DNA from: Oscillospiraceae bacterium
Lineage (GTDB): Bacteria > Bacillota > Clostridia > Oscillospirales > Oscillospiraceae
NCBI GenBank assembly: GCA_020025535.1
Contig: JAHHRY010000007.1
Location: 12,630-76,629 of the forward strand
Direction: 5' to 3'
DNA length: 64,000 bases
Under the pieces are notes generated by a model that saw nothing but the letters and a program-made list of their open reading frames with translations, was not told where the DNA came from and did not search any database. Shown piece after piece: positions 20,301 to 29,512 of this stretch. Within the stretch, counting starts at the first letter, position 1. Each line of letters opens with the position of its first letter. Both the position numbers and the translations under genes were made by a program.

Positions 20301-20469
20301 AAAACTGGCCAATAAGCTGCATGATGCCGTAATGAAGTCTAAAATGGACGGTTTTCGGAATAACGCAGTCAAGGAAAATAAAATAAAATACGCTCTGTAC
20401 AAAGTCCTGAGAGATGATGATGAAGTGGACCGTATTTATCAGATCGTCGTGGAACAAGAGGAATACTGA
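17338..20469 (+). CDS. hsdR: Type I restriction enzyme endonuclease/helicase subunit (HsdR)
   Basis: 1043 aa with SF2 helicase motifs ('TQGSGKS', 'FVDECHR', 'GFTGTP'). AAGGTGG RBS. Confidence 0.9.
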   Translation: MSNIGDNERKTQDRVIKFFSDKLHYTYLGNLQDQVNTNIMQDRLLNWLTEKQGYSEKLAQRAVAELSKTTGNLQQGLYHANKEVYSLLKYGAKVKESAEQSETTVYFINFQNPAANDFAIAEEVTVVEKNEKRPDLVIYVNGIALAVIELKKSSVSVSNGIRQNLTNQRANFIEKFFTTIQFCMAGNNSEGLRYGTLLTPEKHYLEWKADGFTQFPEEREDTDVNIEEVCKSIPNKLDMQIYAMFYKKRFLDLIHNFVIFDKGYKKVCRYNQYYAIKRAQHRLNDKHRGGIIWHTQGSGKSLTMVWLSKWILSNNPHARVLVVTDREELDDQIEKTFIGVDEKIVRTRSGKDLLERLNAYDDNLICSLIHKFGRRGSESTDGDYEKYIDELKKALPKDFVAKGDITVFVDECHRTQSGKLHDAMRAILPNAIFIGFTGTPLLKKDKKTSLETFGGYIHTYKFNEGVRDKVVLDLRYEARDIPQNLTSQARVDAWFDAKTVGLTPRAKAKLKARWGNIQKVFSSKSRLEQIANDIIFDFGTKARLMDGNGNAILVAGSVYSACRYYEIFQSKGFKKCAVISSYTPNVGDLRTDTVSEEEETETAEKYNIYLKMIGIDPNGDQKHIAGKVEEFEKEAKRKFVAEPANMKLLIVVDKLLTGFDAPPCTYLYIDKSMHDHGLFQAICRVNRLDGESKDFGYIVDYKELFGNLADAMNKYTTGAFEAYDAEDVDGLLKDRTEESKKYFEDTLEALEELCEGVEAPKSELEYNHYFCGESGVDTDQDEVFTRIREKLYKLVSRLVRAYAELKSRMGEAGYTEEEQLRMDRKVTFYVELKETIGRSSGDFIDLKAYEPGMRYLVDTYISAEESNTIGNMEDFTLLDFILTQEGKLEDESDKKGQDSAAETIENNIRKKVVEKMVINPAYYGKMSAILQRLIEDRKKGVIQYGQLLDAYMELAKKVTNPEKNFRYPESIRSSGAKRALYDNCGEDEKLANKLHDAVMKSKMDGFRNNAVKENKIKYALYKVLRDDDEVDRIYQIVVEQEEY

Positions 20470-21179
20470 TGCAGATTGTAGTAGCAAATATCCCAGTAGA
20501 AGTAGTTAAGAAAAATATCAAAAATATGCATCTGTATGTTCTGCCACCGGATGGTCATGTCCGTGCATCAGTGCCGATGACGCTTTCAGATGAAGCGATT
20601 ACCATGTTTGTCAGGACCAAAATCAGCTGGGTTCGGAAACAACAGGAAAAATTTCAGAATCAGCCAAGACAGTCTGAGCGGGAATATGTGTCTGGAGAGA
20701 CATTTTATCTTTGGGGAAAGCAATATTATTTGCAGGTTGAATACAGCTACCAGGGAAATTCCCTTGTTTTATCCGGTGATAAAGCAATCTTGACGGTTCG
20801 AAAAGAAAGTACCGTAAAACAGCGTGAGAATTTTGTGCATGAATGGTACCGCAGTCAGTTGAAGAAGAAAATTGGTCAGCTGTTGCCCAAGTGGGAAAAA
20901 ATTACGGATTTACATCCCAGCGGTTGGCAGACGAAATACATGACTACCAAATGGGGCACATGTAATACGAAAACAAAGAAAATCTGGCTTAATCTGCAGC
21001 TTGCCAAAAAACCGGTGGAGTGTCTGGAGTATGTCATTCTCCATGAGCTGGCCCATCTTCGGGTAAAAAATCACGGCCCGGAATTTGTAGCAATTCTGGA
21101 CCAGTATATGCCTTTTTGGAGAGATACAAAGAAATTACTAAATGATTCAACCTTGGATTATTTTGGTAACGAAAGATAA
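20469..21179 (+). CDS. DUF45/YgjP (M48-like, WLM/SprT-like) zinc metallopeptidase associated with Type I R-M
   Basis: HExxH motif 'ILHELAHL'. Start overlaps the hsdR stop (TGATG). This family commonly follows hsdR. Confidence 0.75.
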   Translation: MQIVVANIPVEVVKKNIKNMHLYVLPPDGHVRASVPMTLSDEAITMFVRTKISWVRKQQEKFQNQPRQSEREYVSGETFYLWGKQYYLQVEYSYQGNSLVLSGDKAILTVRKESTVKQRENFVHEWYRSQLKKKIGQLLPKWEKITDLHPSGWQTKYMTTKWGTCNTKTKKIWLNLQLAKKPVECLEYVILHELAHLRVKNHGPEFVAILDQYMPFWRDTKKLLNDSTLDYFGNER

Positions 21180-21200
21180 TTTAAAGAGGGTGTGGGATAG

Positions 21201-23756
21201 ATGAAGGGTTCAGAGGCAAAACTGGTCTCCTATATGCAGGGATCTGACAAACGATTTGTGATCCCGGTATATCAGCGGAACTATGACTGGCGGTTGGATA
21301 ACTGCAAGCAATTATTTGACGATCTGGTAAAAATTATCAAGAAGAACCGTTCCAGCCATTTCTTTGGAAGTATTGTCTCAGTACATAACGAGGGCTCATT
21401 TAACGAGTTCCAGGTGATTGACGGACAGCAGCGGCTGACTACCATTTCGCTGCTGTTTCTGGCGATGTATAACCTGATGAAATCCGGGGCAGTGGTGCCG
21501 GCTCAGAAAAATCTGGCAGATAAGATTCTGAAAACTTATCTGATTGATGAGTGGCAGGAGGATGAAACCAGAATCAAGCTGAAACCCATTAAAAACGATC
21601 AAAAGGCGTTTGGCCTGCTGTTTCAGGATGCGGAGGACCATATTCCGGAATCCAATCTGACCATTAACTACAACTTTTTCTGCGACCAGATCAAAAAAGA
21701 GCGGATTACGGTGGACGAGCTGTACACTGCTATTACCCGACTGGAGATTATCAATATCACACTGAACCAGGAGGATAACCCTCAGCTGATCTTTGAGAGC
21801 CTCAACTCTACGGGACTTGCACTCAGCGAAGGTGATAAGATCCGCAATTTCATTCTGATGGGCCTGCCCGCCCGGGAACAAAACGAGTATTACGAAAAGT
21901 ACTGGAATAAAATAGAAGTCTGCACGAAATATGATGTCAGTTCCTTTGTCCGGGACTATTTGAGTGTGAAACAGCTGGAAATCCCGGCTATCAGCAAGGT
22001 GTATGCCACTTTTAAAGCATATGTGGAAGAAGCCAGCCTCACAACAGAGCAGCTACTGCAGGATCTTTTGGGGTATGCCAAGCGGTATCAGATTCTTCTG
22101 AAGGGACAAACAGAGGACAGAGCACTCAATGCCTGTATCTACCGTCTGAATCGACTGGAAACCACTGTTACAAGACCTTTCTTTATGGAAGTTCTGCGGC
22201 TGCATGAAAAAGAAAACGGAAGTGTTCTGACATTGCAGCAGGTTCGTGAAATTTTCTTGTTTACTGAAAATTATCTGTTCCGGAGAATGATCTGCGATCT
22301 GCAGACCAACACCCTGAATAAAATTTTTCTGCTGCTCCACAGAGAAATTATCCGGTTTGATGGTTCTTCCGATAACTATGGAGAAAAGTTTAAGTATGCC
22401 CTGCTGTCCAAAAATGATCGGGGCAGATTCCCCAGAGATGACGAATTCACGGAAGCATTTTCTGCCCGCCAGATCTATCAGATGAACAGTAAGAATAAAA
22501 TCTATATTTTTGAGCGCTTTGAAAATGCGGGGACGATTGAAGACAAGGATATTTATCGTCACTGTGATGAGGGCACTTATTCCATCGAGCATATTATGCC
22601 GCAGCATCTGACACCGGCCTGGGCAGAGGCTTTGGGGAATGATTATGAAGAAATTCACGAGCAGTGGCTGCATCGCATTGCTAACCTGACCCTGACTGCC
22701 TACAACTCCAAATACAGTAATAACTCGTTTGAAAATAAACGGGACCGGGAGGATGGCTTTGCTGCCAGCGGACTGCGGCTCAATACTTGGATTGCGGCTC
22801 AGAGTCAGTGGACCCTGACGGAGCTGAAAGCCCGAAATGACCTGCTAATGGAAAAAGCAGTAGGAATCTGGCCCGTTCCGGTCACAGACTACAAACCAGC
22901 AGAAAAACAGCTGGATTGCTATACACTGGAAGATGATGTGGATCTGAGTGGTCGTGAAATTATTCGCTTTGAGTATAAGAATACTTCGCAGCCGGTGACC
23001 AGTTGGATTGCCATGCAGGAACAAGTGCTGAAAATACTCCACGAAGAGGATGAATCAATTCTGTCTCAGCTGGCTCATGTCTGCAATCCCGATAATGAGC
23101 TCGATGTTTATGTCAGTGATAATCCTGCTGATTTACGTGGAGCACTGCAAATTGATGAAGGCATTTACCTGGAGAAAAATACCAGCACCACAACCAAGAT
23201 TTCCATGCTTCGGAAATTCTTTAAGGCGTACAACGCCAACCCAGAAAGTCTGGTATTTTACCTGAAGGATCCCGGCGAGGAGAATACTACAGCCGAAGCA
23301 GGAACTCGGTATGAGTTACGCAGAAAATATTGGGCATTTGCTCTGGATTATATCCACGAGGCTCATGGAACAAACGGAACATTCCGGTATGTCGGTCCAT
23401 CTAAAGAAAACTGGATTACCGGAGCTCTGGGAATCAGTGGATTCGGCATCTGTTGTGTGGCTAATTATGATCAGGCTAGAGTTGATCTGACATTGTCAAA
23501 ATCAGACAAGGAGAAAAACAAGTCTGCATTTGATTACCTGCTGGCACATAAAACGCAGATCGAAGCGCAGCTGGGGACACAGGTGGAATGGCAACGCAGC
23601 GAGGACACAAAGGGGTCTTACATTGTTTACCGTCTTACCGGTGTGGGTATTGACCATGAAACAGACTGGATCCGTATGGCAAAATTCCATGCAGAGTGGA
23701 GCAAGAAATTCTTTGATGTATTTGTGCCGCTGCTGCAGCAGTGGAATCTGCAGTAA
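21201..23756 (+). CDS. DUF262 + DUF1524 (GmrSD-like) Type IV modification-dependent restriction endonuclease
   Basis: DUF262 motifs 'IPVYQRNYDW' and 'DGQQRLTT'. DUF1524 His-Me finger 'EHIMPQ...W...IANLTL'. 851 aa. Confidence 0.8.
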   Translation: MKGSEAKLVSYMQGSDKRFVIPVYQRNYDWRLDNCKQLFDDLVKIIKKNRSSHFFGSIVSVHNEGSFNEFQVIDGQQRLTTISLLFLAMYNLMKSGAVVPAQKNLADKILKTYLIDEWQEDETRIKLKPIKNDQKAFGLLFQDAEDHIPESNLTINYNFFCDQIKKERITVDELYTAITRLEIINITLNQEDNPQLIFESLNSTGLALSEGDKIRNFILMGLPAREQNEYYEKYWNKIEVCTKYDVSSFVRDYLSVKQLEIPAISKVYATFKAYVEEASLTTEQLLQDLLGYAKRYQILLKGQTEDRALNACIYRLNRLETTVTRPFFMEVLRLHEKENGSVLTLQQVREIFLFTENYLFRRMICDLQTNTLNKIFLLLHREIIRFDGSSDNYGEKFKYALLSKNDRGRFPRDDEFTEAFSARQIYQMNSKNKIYIFERFENAGTIEDKDIYRHCDEGTYSIEHIMPQHLTPAWAEALGNDYEEIHEQWLHRIANLTLTAYNSKYSNNSFENKRDREDGFAASGLRLNTWIAAQSQWTLTELKARNDLLMEKAVGIWPVPVTDYKPAEKQLDCYTLEDDVDLSGREIIRFEYKNTSQPVTSWIAMQEQVLKILHEEDESILSQLAHVCNPDNELDVYVSDNPADLRGALQIDEGIYLEKNTSTTTKISMLRKFFKAYNANPESLVFYLKDPGEENTTAEAGTRYELRRKYWAFALDYIHEAHGTNGTFRYVGPSKENWITGALGISGFGICCVANYDQARVDLTLSKSDKEKNKSAFDYLLAHKTQIEAQLGTQVEWQRSEDTKGSYIVYRLTGVGIDHETDWIRMAKFHAEWSKKFFDVFVPLLQQWNLQ

Positions 23757-23778
23757 TAAACTTTGTATAACAAATAAG

Positions 23779-23804
23779 GCTGAGATCCATATGAATCTCA
23801 GCCT
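23779..23804 (+). terminator. Hairpin terminator after the GmrSD-like gene
   Basis: ggctgagat-ccatatga-atctcagcc, a perfect 9-bp stem 23 nt after the stop codon. Confidence 0.5.
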
Positions 23805-23825
23805 TGGCAAATTTATGGCAAAAAA

Positions 23826-23872
23826 GAGCTAACCCTCGATTGAATCTCTGACTTTCAATCGAGGGTTAGCTC
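23826..23872. repeat. Long perfect 19-bp inverted repeat (gagctaaccctcgattgaa / ttcaatcgagggttagctc)
   Basis: Read directly. A5 tract on the 5' side (plus strand) and no T tract on the 3' side, so it would terminate only minus-strand transcription. Confidence 0.5.
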
Positions 23873-24315
23873 TGATGAATTTCCGGACTTCTCATATTAC
23901 TGAGCCTCCTTCTATATGGAAACGATTTGTTTTTTTGTTCCTTTGTTGTGACTACAGAATACTATAGAAATCGGTGCTTTTCAATTGGCAGAGTCCTTAA
24001 AAAGCAGGGCTGAAAGTTAGAAAAAATGCGAATAGATAAGACCGAATAGAAATGATATGATAAGTATGTTGGGCAGCCTACAGACTGCCCATTTTTGACG
24101 AGAAACCGAAAACAGAAAAATATTACAGATGAGATACAGTATTGCTTAAACAGTATCTATGATATAGATTTTAACTGTGCAGTGTGTTATGATAAACAGG
24201 GAGATTTTTGGCGAAACGCAGTATATTTTGAATTATATGTTCTGACTTTGTCAAACCAGGTTAGTATGTTGGGTTGCTGAAAGCAACACTTATTAACTTT
24301 ACGGAGGCTAAGAAA

Positions 24316-25455
24316 ATGAGCGAAAGAAAATTCAAAAAAGAAACACTTGAAATGCTGGATATTATGATTCAGCATGCTGAGGCCGGTCCGTCTGGATTCT
24401 GGGTGGATGATTACGAAGGCTGCGGAAATCCGAGAATCTTTCCTGAGTTTGCAGAGGGCCTTAAAAAGGGCAGGCTGGTTCAAAAGCAACATTATATTTG
24501 TCCTTGGAATACTGCGGTCCTCTATGGTGAGGGACATGGCAATATCCACACAGGATGCTATTATAGCTGCTCATTTCGGGACGCCAGCGTTTTTCCTCCT
24601 CAGATGCTGCGGGCAATTCTTTTGCGGTTCAGAAAAAGAATGCTTTCAGGGGAATATGATAATTTGAAACATCTGAAGCCATTGCTTACGGAAAGTGAAC
24701 AGACTTATATTGCGAAGCAACAGAAAGCTGAGAAAGAAAGACGGGAGCGTCAGTATACCCAAAAGCAGACTGAAAAGGCCAAAAGAGCAAAGGCATTGCT
24801 GAATAAATACGAAGGCGACAAGGATATTCAGGCCCTTATACAATGTCATTATGGGGAAAAAATCTCAGTGATTCATGAACATGAGATTATTGATTTTTCG
24901 CCTGACGGAATGAAAGACATTAAAAGCGGTCATCCACTTTCTTATGATGAGTATCTGGATATTCAGATTCGCTCTCAGGGAAAGGAACGGCCCTGGTTTG
25001 CCTTGTGCTATTATAATTTCCCCAATGAATTCAAGGGCTGCATCGAAATCAGGAACAATCAAAAAATTTGCTTCCAGAGGATATTTGTGACAGGAATGTA
25101 TGCAGATGATTGTTCCTTTTTTGACGGGAAAGAAGATCATGTCTGGATGGATGAGGCTGGTTTTGAAAAATTTGAGGTGGGGGACTGTGTCTCGTTTTAC
25201 GCAGATGTGTACCGATATGTGAAAACAGGGCATGGGAAAATCCTGGATTATGGCCTGTGTAATCCTCGGAACATAGAAAAGATCGAGGCATATCGCCTTC
25301 CAAGCGATAAGCAGATTGTAGCACAACAGATCGATGAGATCATCTGCGAAAACTGTTATTTGTCTGAACAGTGCAGTCGGCTGCATTGTATGCGCAACCC
25401 AAAAGAGCTCAGAGCGGTGCGAGATCAAATGATGAGTATGGTGAATAAGGAGTGA
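24316..25455 (+). CDS. Hypothetical Cys-rich protein, no recognisable domain
   Basis: GGAGG RBS before MSERKF. ~380 aa. Many Cys/His residues. Translationally coupled (ATGA) to the downstream lipoprotein. Confidence 0.6.
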   Translation: MSERKFKKETLEMLDIMIQHAEAGPSGFWVDDYEGCGNPRIFPEFAEGLKKGRLVQKQHYICPWNTAVLYGEGHGNIHTGCYYSCSFRDASVFPPQMLRAILLRFRKRMLSGEYDNLKHLKPLLTESEQTYIAKQQKAEKERRERQYTQKQTEKAKRAKALLNKYEGDKDIQALIQCHYGEKISVIHEHEIIDFSPDGMKDIKSGHPLSYDEYLDIQIRSQGKERPWFALCYYNFPNEFKGCIEIRNNQKICFQRIFVTGMYADDCSFFDGKEDHVWMDEAGFEKFEVGDCVSFYADVYRYVKTGHGKILDYGLCNPRNIEKIEAYRLPSDKQIVAQQIDEIICENCYLSEQCSRLHCMRNPKELRAVRDQMMSMVNKE

Positions 25456-26255
25456 TTGCGGTGAAAAAGGCCATTTTGCCAAGGTTGCTTGTTTTATCCC
25501 TTCTTTTAACGGGCTGCAGCAGTATGTTGGGGGCTGCCCGGGTGGAAACTTTACGGGGATGGTCATTCCAGTACAATGAAGGAACAGATGACTACAGCCT
25601 TTTCTTTGGTTTGAGGGATTGCAATGAGCGTGCAGTTTCTGCGGAGGTAGATGTAGACATCCGTATTGAAAATGACCAGGGCGAAGTAGTTTATTCTGCT
25701 ACAAGATCGGTTACACCCGATGACTTTGGAACCTATACAAGTGAAGCAAGAGGCGAAGAATATCTTGCGGAGATTAGAATTCCAAGAAGGGATATCACTG
25801 CGGGAAAATCCGCCGATGGAAAGGTATATCTAACAGTTTATAAAGGAGATGCCCTGCGCTTCGATGAAGTGAACTGTGAGCCACTTTTCTGTCTCCCGAT
25901 ACAGGACATAAAACTGGAAGCGGCACAGCTGCCGGCTGAGATTCCGGTCCGGGACTATATGGGGGAGATTGCATCCAAAATTCAGATCGAAGATGTTTCC
26001 TATGTGTTTGAGAAAGAATATAGCCCTGTCCTGAAGATTACGGTTATTGGCACGAAAACAGAAGGCAATTCGGACTCTATCTATGATAGGGTCAGTTATA
26101 AGTTGTGCGACGAGGAAGGGTATGTGGTTGAAACCGGAGAGCTGTTTCTGGATTCTCTTAACAAGGGTGATAAATTTAAGGATGATTCCATTGTAATTTA
26201 TGATATTGAACCGGGCAAAACATATACGATTACTTTTGCGGAATCGAAGATTTGA
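25452..26255 (+). CDS. Hypothetical lipoprotein
   Basis: Signal peptide plus lipobox 'LLLTGCSS'. 267 aa. Overlaps the stop of the upstream gene. Confidence 0.65.
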   Translation: MIAVKKAILPRLLVLSLLLTGCSSMLGAARVETLRGWSFQYNEGTDDYSLFFGLRDCNERAVSAEVDVDIRIENDQGEVVYSATRSVTPDDFGTYTSEARGEEYLAEIRIPRRDITAGKSADGKVYLTVYKGDALRFDEVNCEPLFCLPIQDIKLEAAQLPAEIPVRDYMGEIASKIQIEDVSYVFEKEYSPVLKITVIGTKTEGNSDSIYDRVSYKLCDEEGYVVETGELFLDSLNKGDKFKDDSIVIYDIEPGKTYTITFAESKI

Positions 26256-26440
26256 AGAAGCCATTGAGAGGCAGTACATACAGTATTGCCTCTCAATTTT
26301 ATCAAAAAGTTTCTTAGAACAGAAGAAAATAGCATTTATATACACTTAAAGAATGGCCAAATAGTTTTAATTCCTTCTGCATTTAAAAATTCAGAATATT
26401 TATAGGGAAAAGTAGATATCCTGCGTCCCCCCTGCGCTTC

Positions 26441-26755
26441 GTGAAAAACACAATCGTGCCTGCAAACACGCTGGAACAAAATAGATTTACTTCAATCAGT
26501 GACTTTAAGAGATCTTTGTGTTGGGGGGCTGAAATTGAATTCGAATGGGAAGGAAAGCGTTATGGTATCTTTTCTCGTCTAAAGAAAACGGCGTCTTCTC
26601 CTACACAAATATTGATTTCTCAGTTTTGCATTGAAAACTATCAAAATACAGATAAATGGTGCGATACCCCCGACGAAGTCCTCGAATACATGGTCGGTTC
26701 TGACCGCCTGCGGGATGTGATCACACAGGTCACTGTATTGGATCGAACGGTTTAA
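26441..26755 (+). CDS. Hypothetical protein or gene fragment
   Basis: GTG start with no RBS. 104 aa. Lies in a gene-poor stretch near the island boundary. Confidence 0.25.
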   Translation: MKNTIVPANTLEQNRFTSISDFKRSLCWGAEIEFEWEGKRYGIFSRLKKTASSPTQILISQFCIENYQNTDKWCDTPDEVLEYMVGSDRLRDVITQVTVLDRTV

Positions 26756-27337
26756 GGATGAATGACGAAATGATATCTATGAATCCATATATGCCCCCCT
26801 GTAGAGAATGATTCTTTCCATAATGGTGATTTCTACGGAAAGCATTGCCAAGCCTCATGCACATAACACAGGTATCATTGCTGTGGTATTGTGGATTATG
26901 CTGGCCGTTTGGGTAGGGTACTGCATTATAGGTATCGATGTGGGCTGACACCCGGAGTGATTGGTATGTTTTTCTGGAAGGATCCTATCCGTTAAAACAC
27001 CTACTGACAAACAAACCGAGACAGTGGATTTGCGCCCTGCCTCCACAACGAAAAAACCGGAATTCGTAAGAATCCCGGCCTTTTTATGCGTTTTTTGCGC
27101 TGCTTTCCACAAAGCAGTTCTGCACATATGTGATTAAGGTAAAAGAAAGCAGGCGGCTATCCCGGAAAAAGAAAGGCGCAGTTTTGTTTTCAGGGCGCTT
27201 TGCGTATGAGTTCCATTGGCTTTGAAGAGAAAAGCCTATATTTGTGCTACTCTGATAAATATGATTGGGTATGGATTTGTACGCGGCACTGTGATACAAT
27301 GTCTCTGCACCTAAGTTAAAGAGCTAGGAGGGGAAAT

Positions 27338-27724
27338 ATGCGTTACATAGAATCTGTTGCAGAACTTAGAGAAAATATGACTACACTCGACCACTATCTG
27401 GAGCAGAAAAGAGAAAGTACATATTCTTTTGCGCTGAATCTTATCCGGAAGGGAACCTGTTTTGTGGCGTTGTCTACAAAGAATGGCTACCGTTTCTATC
27501 CCAGCAGATTTGTTGGATACGCAGAAAATACCAAGGAAAAGCATGAAAATAATGATACGAAGGATGGCCGCAAGACCAATCCTGTCATTTCTTCGCTGTT
27601 AGGCCAGAAAGTTGAGCCCAATCCCATGCTTGAAAAGGCATATCGGGATTATTGCGAAAAGCTGGGCTTTATTGCCAACGACAGGGGCACCTTTGGCGTA
27701 GAAAGAAAGTATTGGATGCTGTGA
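27338..27724 (+). CDS. Hypothetical protein
   Basis: Strong RBS 'AGGAGGGGAAAT-ATG'. 128 aa. No motif recognised. Confidence 0.5.
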   Translation: MRYIESVAELRENMTTLDHYLEQKRESTYSFALNLIRKGTCFVALSTKNGYRFYPSRFVGYAENTKEKHENNDTKDGRKTNPVISSLLGQKVEPNPMLEKAYRDYCEKLGFIANDRGTFGVERKYWML

Positions 27725-28140
27725 CCTCTGATAGATAAAGAAAGTGGATTCAGCGGATCATTTGTGTGATTGTGGTACAGTGCGCTTTATGGCATCCGTT
27801 TCCGGACCGATGCCGGGAAACGTATTTACATGAGAGATTATCAAACGGGGCTGCATGGAACATGCTGCAGATTAGATGCATAAAATATGTACGCATCTGC
27901 CTGCGGCACCGGAATTTTGGGATGTTGATGAGCGCCCGAAGCACTCTGTTTCCGAACTTCCAAAGTCTGAGCAGAATACAGGAGATTCCACCGGCATTGA
28001 GAGCCTGGCTTCCAATGTGTACTTTCTGAATTGCCCAAAGGAGCAATGGAAGATATGCCCGCTGTCCCGGCATCAGACTTGCTTTTGCGCCGGCGAATCC
28101 ATAAGTGCGGCTGCGTGGCATCACGTTCCTAAAGAAATCA

Positions 28141-28185
28141 AAAAGGCTCCCCCATGCAGTTTTTTCTGCATGGGGGAGCCTTTTC
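28141..28185. terminator. Bidirectional intrinsic terminator
   Basis: aaaa-ggctcccccatgcag-ttttttc-tgcatgggggagcc-tttt. It lies downstream of the antiporter gene on the minus strand. Confidence 0.65.
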
Positions 28186-28288
28186 TGTTGCTGAGTTTTC
28201 GGGGCAGCCTGCGGTGCGGCACCGGAGCCGAAGAATCTCTGGCGGTTCTTCTGCGGGGACAGCGACCCAAAGGACACCCCTGAAACGC

Positions 28289-29512
28289 TTAACGGGAGTC
28301 CTGACCGTCGCTCGGACTTTCCTTTTTCAGCAGATGCGGATAGGCCAGATCCATGCCGATGGCACCGAGGGGAGCGGTTATCAGAATGGACAGCACGGCA
28401 ACCGACAAAACCAGTTTTCCGCAGGGGAGTCCCATGGAAAGAGGTACAGAACCGATAGCCGCCTGAACGGTAGCTTTCGGCAGGTAAGCAATCACACAGT
28501 AGAGACGCTCTTTAAAGTCCAGACGGGTACCCAGCAGGCAAAGCCATACGCCTATGGAACGGAACGTAAGACCCAGCAGGATCATCCACACCGCTTCAAG
28601 GCCGGCGTCCAGCGTATAGCGGATATCCACCGCGGCGCCTACCAGGACAAAGAGAATCAGCTCTGCAGCCAGCCAAAGCTTTCCGTATTTTTCCCGCAGC
28701 CGCTGCGCCACCGAGGGGACACTCCGCATGGCGATTACCAGAGACATACTCATAATGGCCAGCAGACCGGAGAAGGGGACGGTTCCTTCCAGCCATTCCT
28801 CCACCGTCAGAAGGAAAAAGGAAATACCCAGTATGATGATGACCTTGGTGCTGTTCCGGATCAGCTCGTGGTGTGCATAATACAGCTCAAACAGCCGGGA
28901 AAGGAACAGACCTACCAGCGCGCCTGTCAGCAGGCCCAGCAGAATGGAAATCGGAATTTTTGCCAGGGCCAGCATATGAACGCCGTTTCCCTGTGCCATT
29001 CCCAGAAAGGTGGTAAAAAGCACGATTACGAAAACGTCATCCAGCGAAGCACCTGCCAGAATGAGCTGGGGGATTTTCTTTTCCGTGCCCCAGTTCTGCT
29101 CCATCAGGGTCACCATACGGGGCACGACCACGGCGGGGGAAACGGCGCCCAGCACGGCACCCATCACTGCTGCCTCAATCCGGTTGATGCCCAAAATGGC
29201 CGGAGCAAAAAGAACGAAAGCGGAAATTTCAAAGAGGGCAGGCAGAAACGACATACATATGGCGGGACGGCCCACTTTTTTCAGATCGTCCAGATTCAGG
29301 GACAGACCCGCTTTGATGAGGATAATGACCAGTGCAAATTTTCTCAGTTCGGCGGAAATGCCCAGAATGGAACTGTCCAGCAGATCCAGAACGTATGGCC
29401 CCAGCAGGATGCCGGTGACCAGCATTCCGATGATCCGCGGAAGGTGAATTCTGCGGCAGATTGCAGCAGTGGAGAGTCCTACCAGAAAAACTAAAGACAA
29501 AGAAAATAACAT
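28289..29512 (-). CDS. Cation:proton (Na+/H+) antiporter, CPA1 family
   Basis: 407 aa polytopic membrane protein with Na+/H+-exchanger-like TM segments. Confidence 0.8.
   Translation of the reverse strand: MLFSLSLVFLVGLSTAAICRRIHLPRIIGMLVTGILLGPYVLDLLDSSILGISAELRKFALVIILIKAGLSLNLDDLKKVGRPAICMSFLPALFEISAFVLFAPAILGINRIEAAVMGAVLGAVSPAVVVPRMVTLMEQNWGTEKKIPQLILAGASLDDVFVIVLFTTFLGMAQGNGVHMLALAKIPISILLGLLTGALVGLFLSRLFELYYAHHELIRNSTKVIIILGISFFLLTVEEWLEGTVPFSGLLAIMSMSLVIAMRSVPSVAQRLREKYGKLWLAAELILFVLVGAAVDIRYTLDAGLEAVWMILLGLTFRSIGVWLCLLGTRLDFKERLYCVIAYLPKATVQAAIGSVPLSMGLPCGKLVLSVAVLSILITAPLGAIGMDLAYPHLLKKESPSDGQDSR

Noticed and set aside
18619-20487. 622-aa minus-strand ORF across hsdR
   Set aside because: Antisense shadow ORF of hsdR. 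Low-complexity hydrophobic translation.
27060-27110. Possible terminator 'aaaaaccggaattcgtaagaatcccggcctttttatgcgttttttg'
   Set aside because: Stem is only 4-5 bp (ccgg...ccgg) with a long loop, too weak to call despite the T tracts.
27750-28283. Overlapping 175-aa (-) and 135-aa (+) ORFs
   Set aside because: Mutually overlapping frames in a compositional transition zone, with no RBS and Arg/Ala-rich junk translations. More likely non-coding or decayed sequence.
28154-29494. 446-aa plus-strand ORF opposite the antiporter
   Set aside because: Antisense to a polytopic antiporter CDS. The translation is Gln/Gly/His-rich low-complexity.
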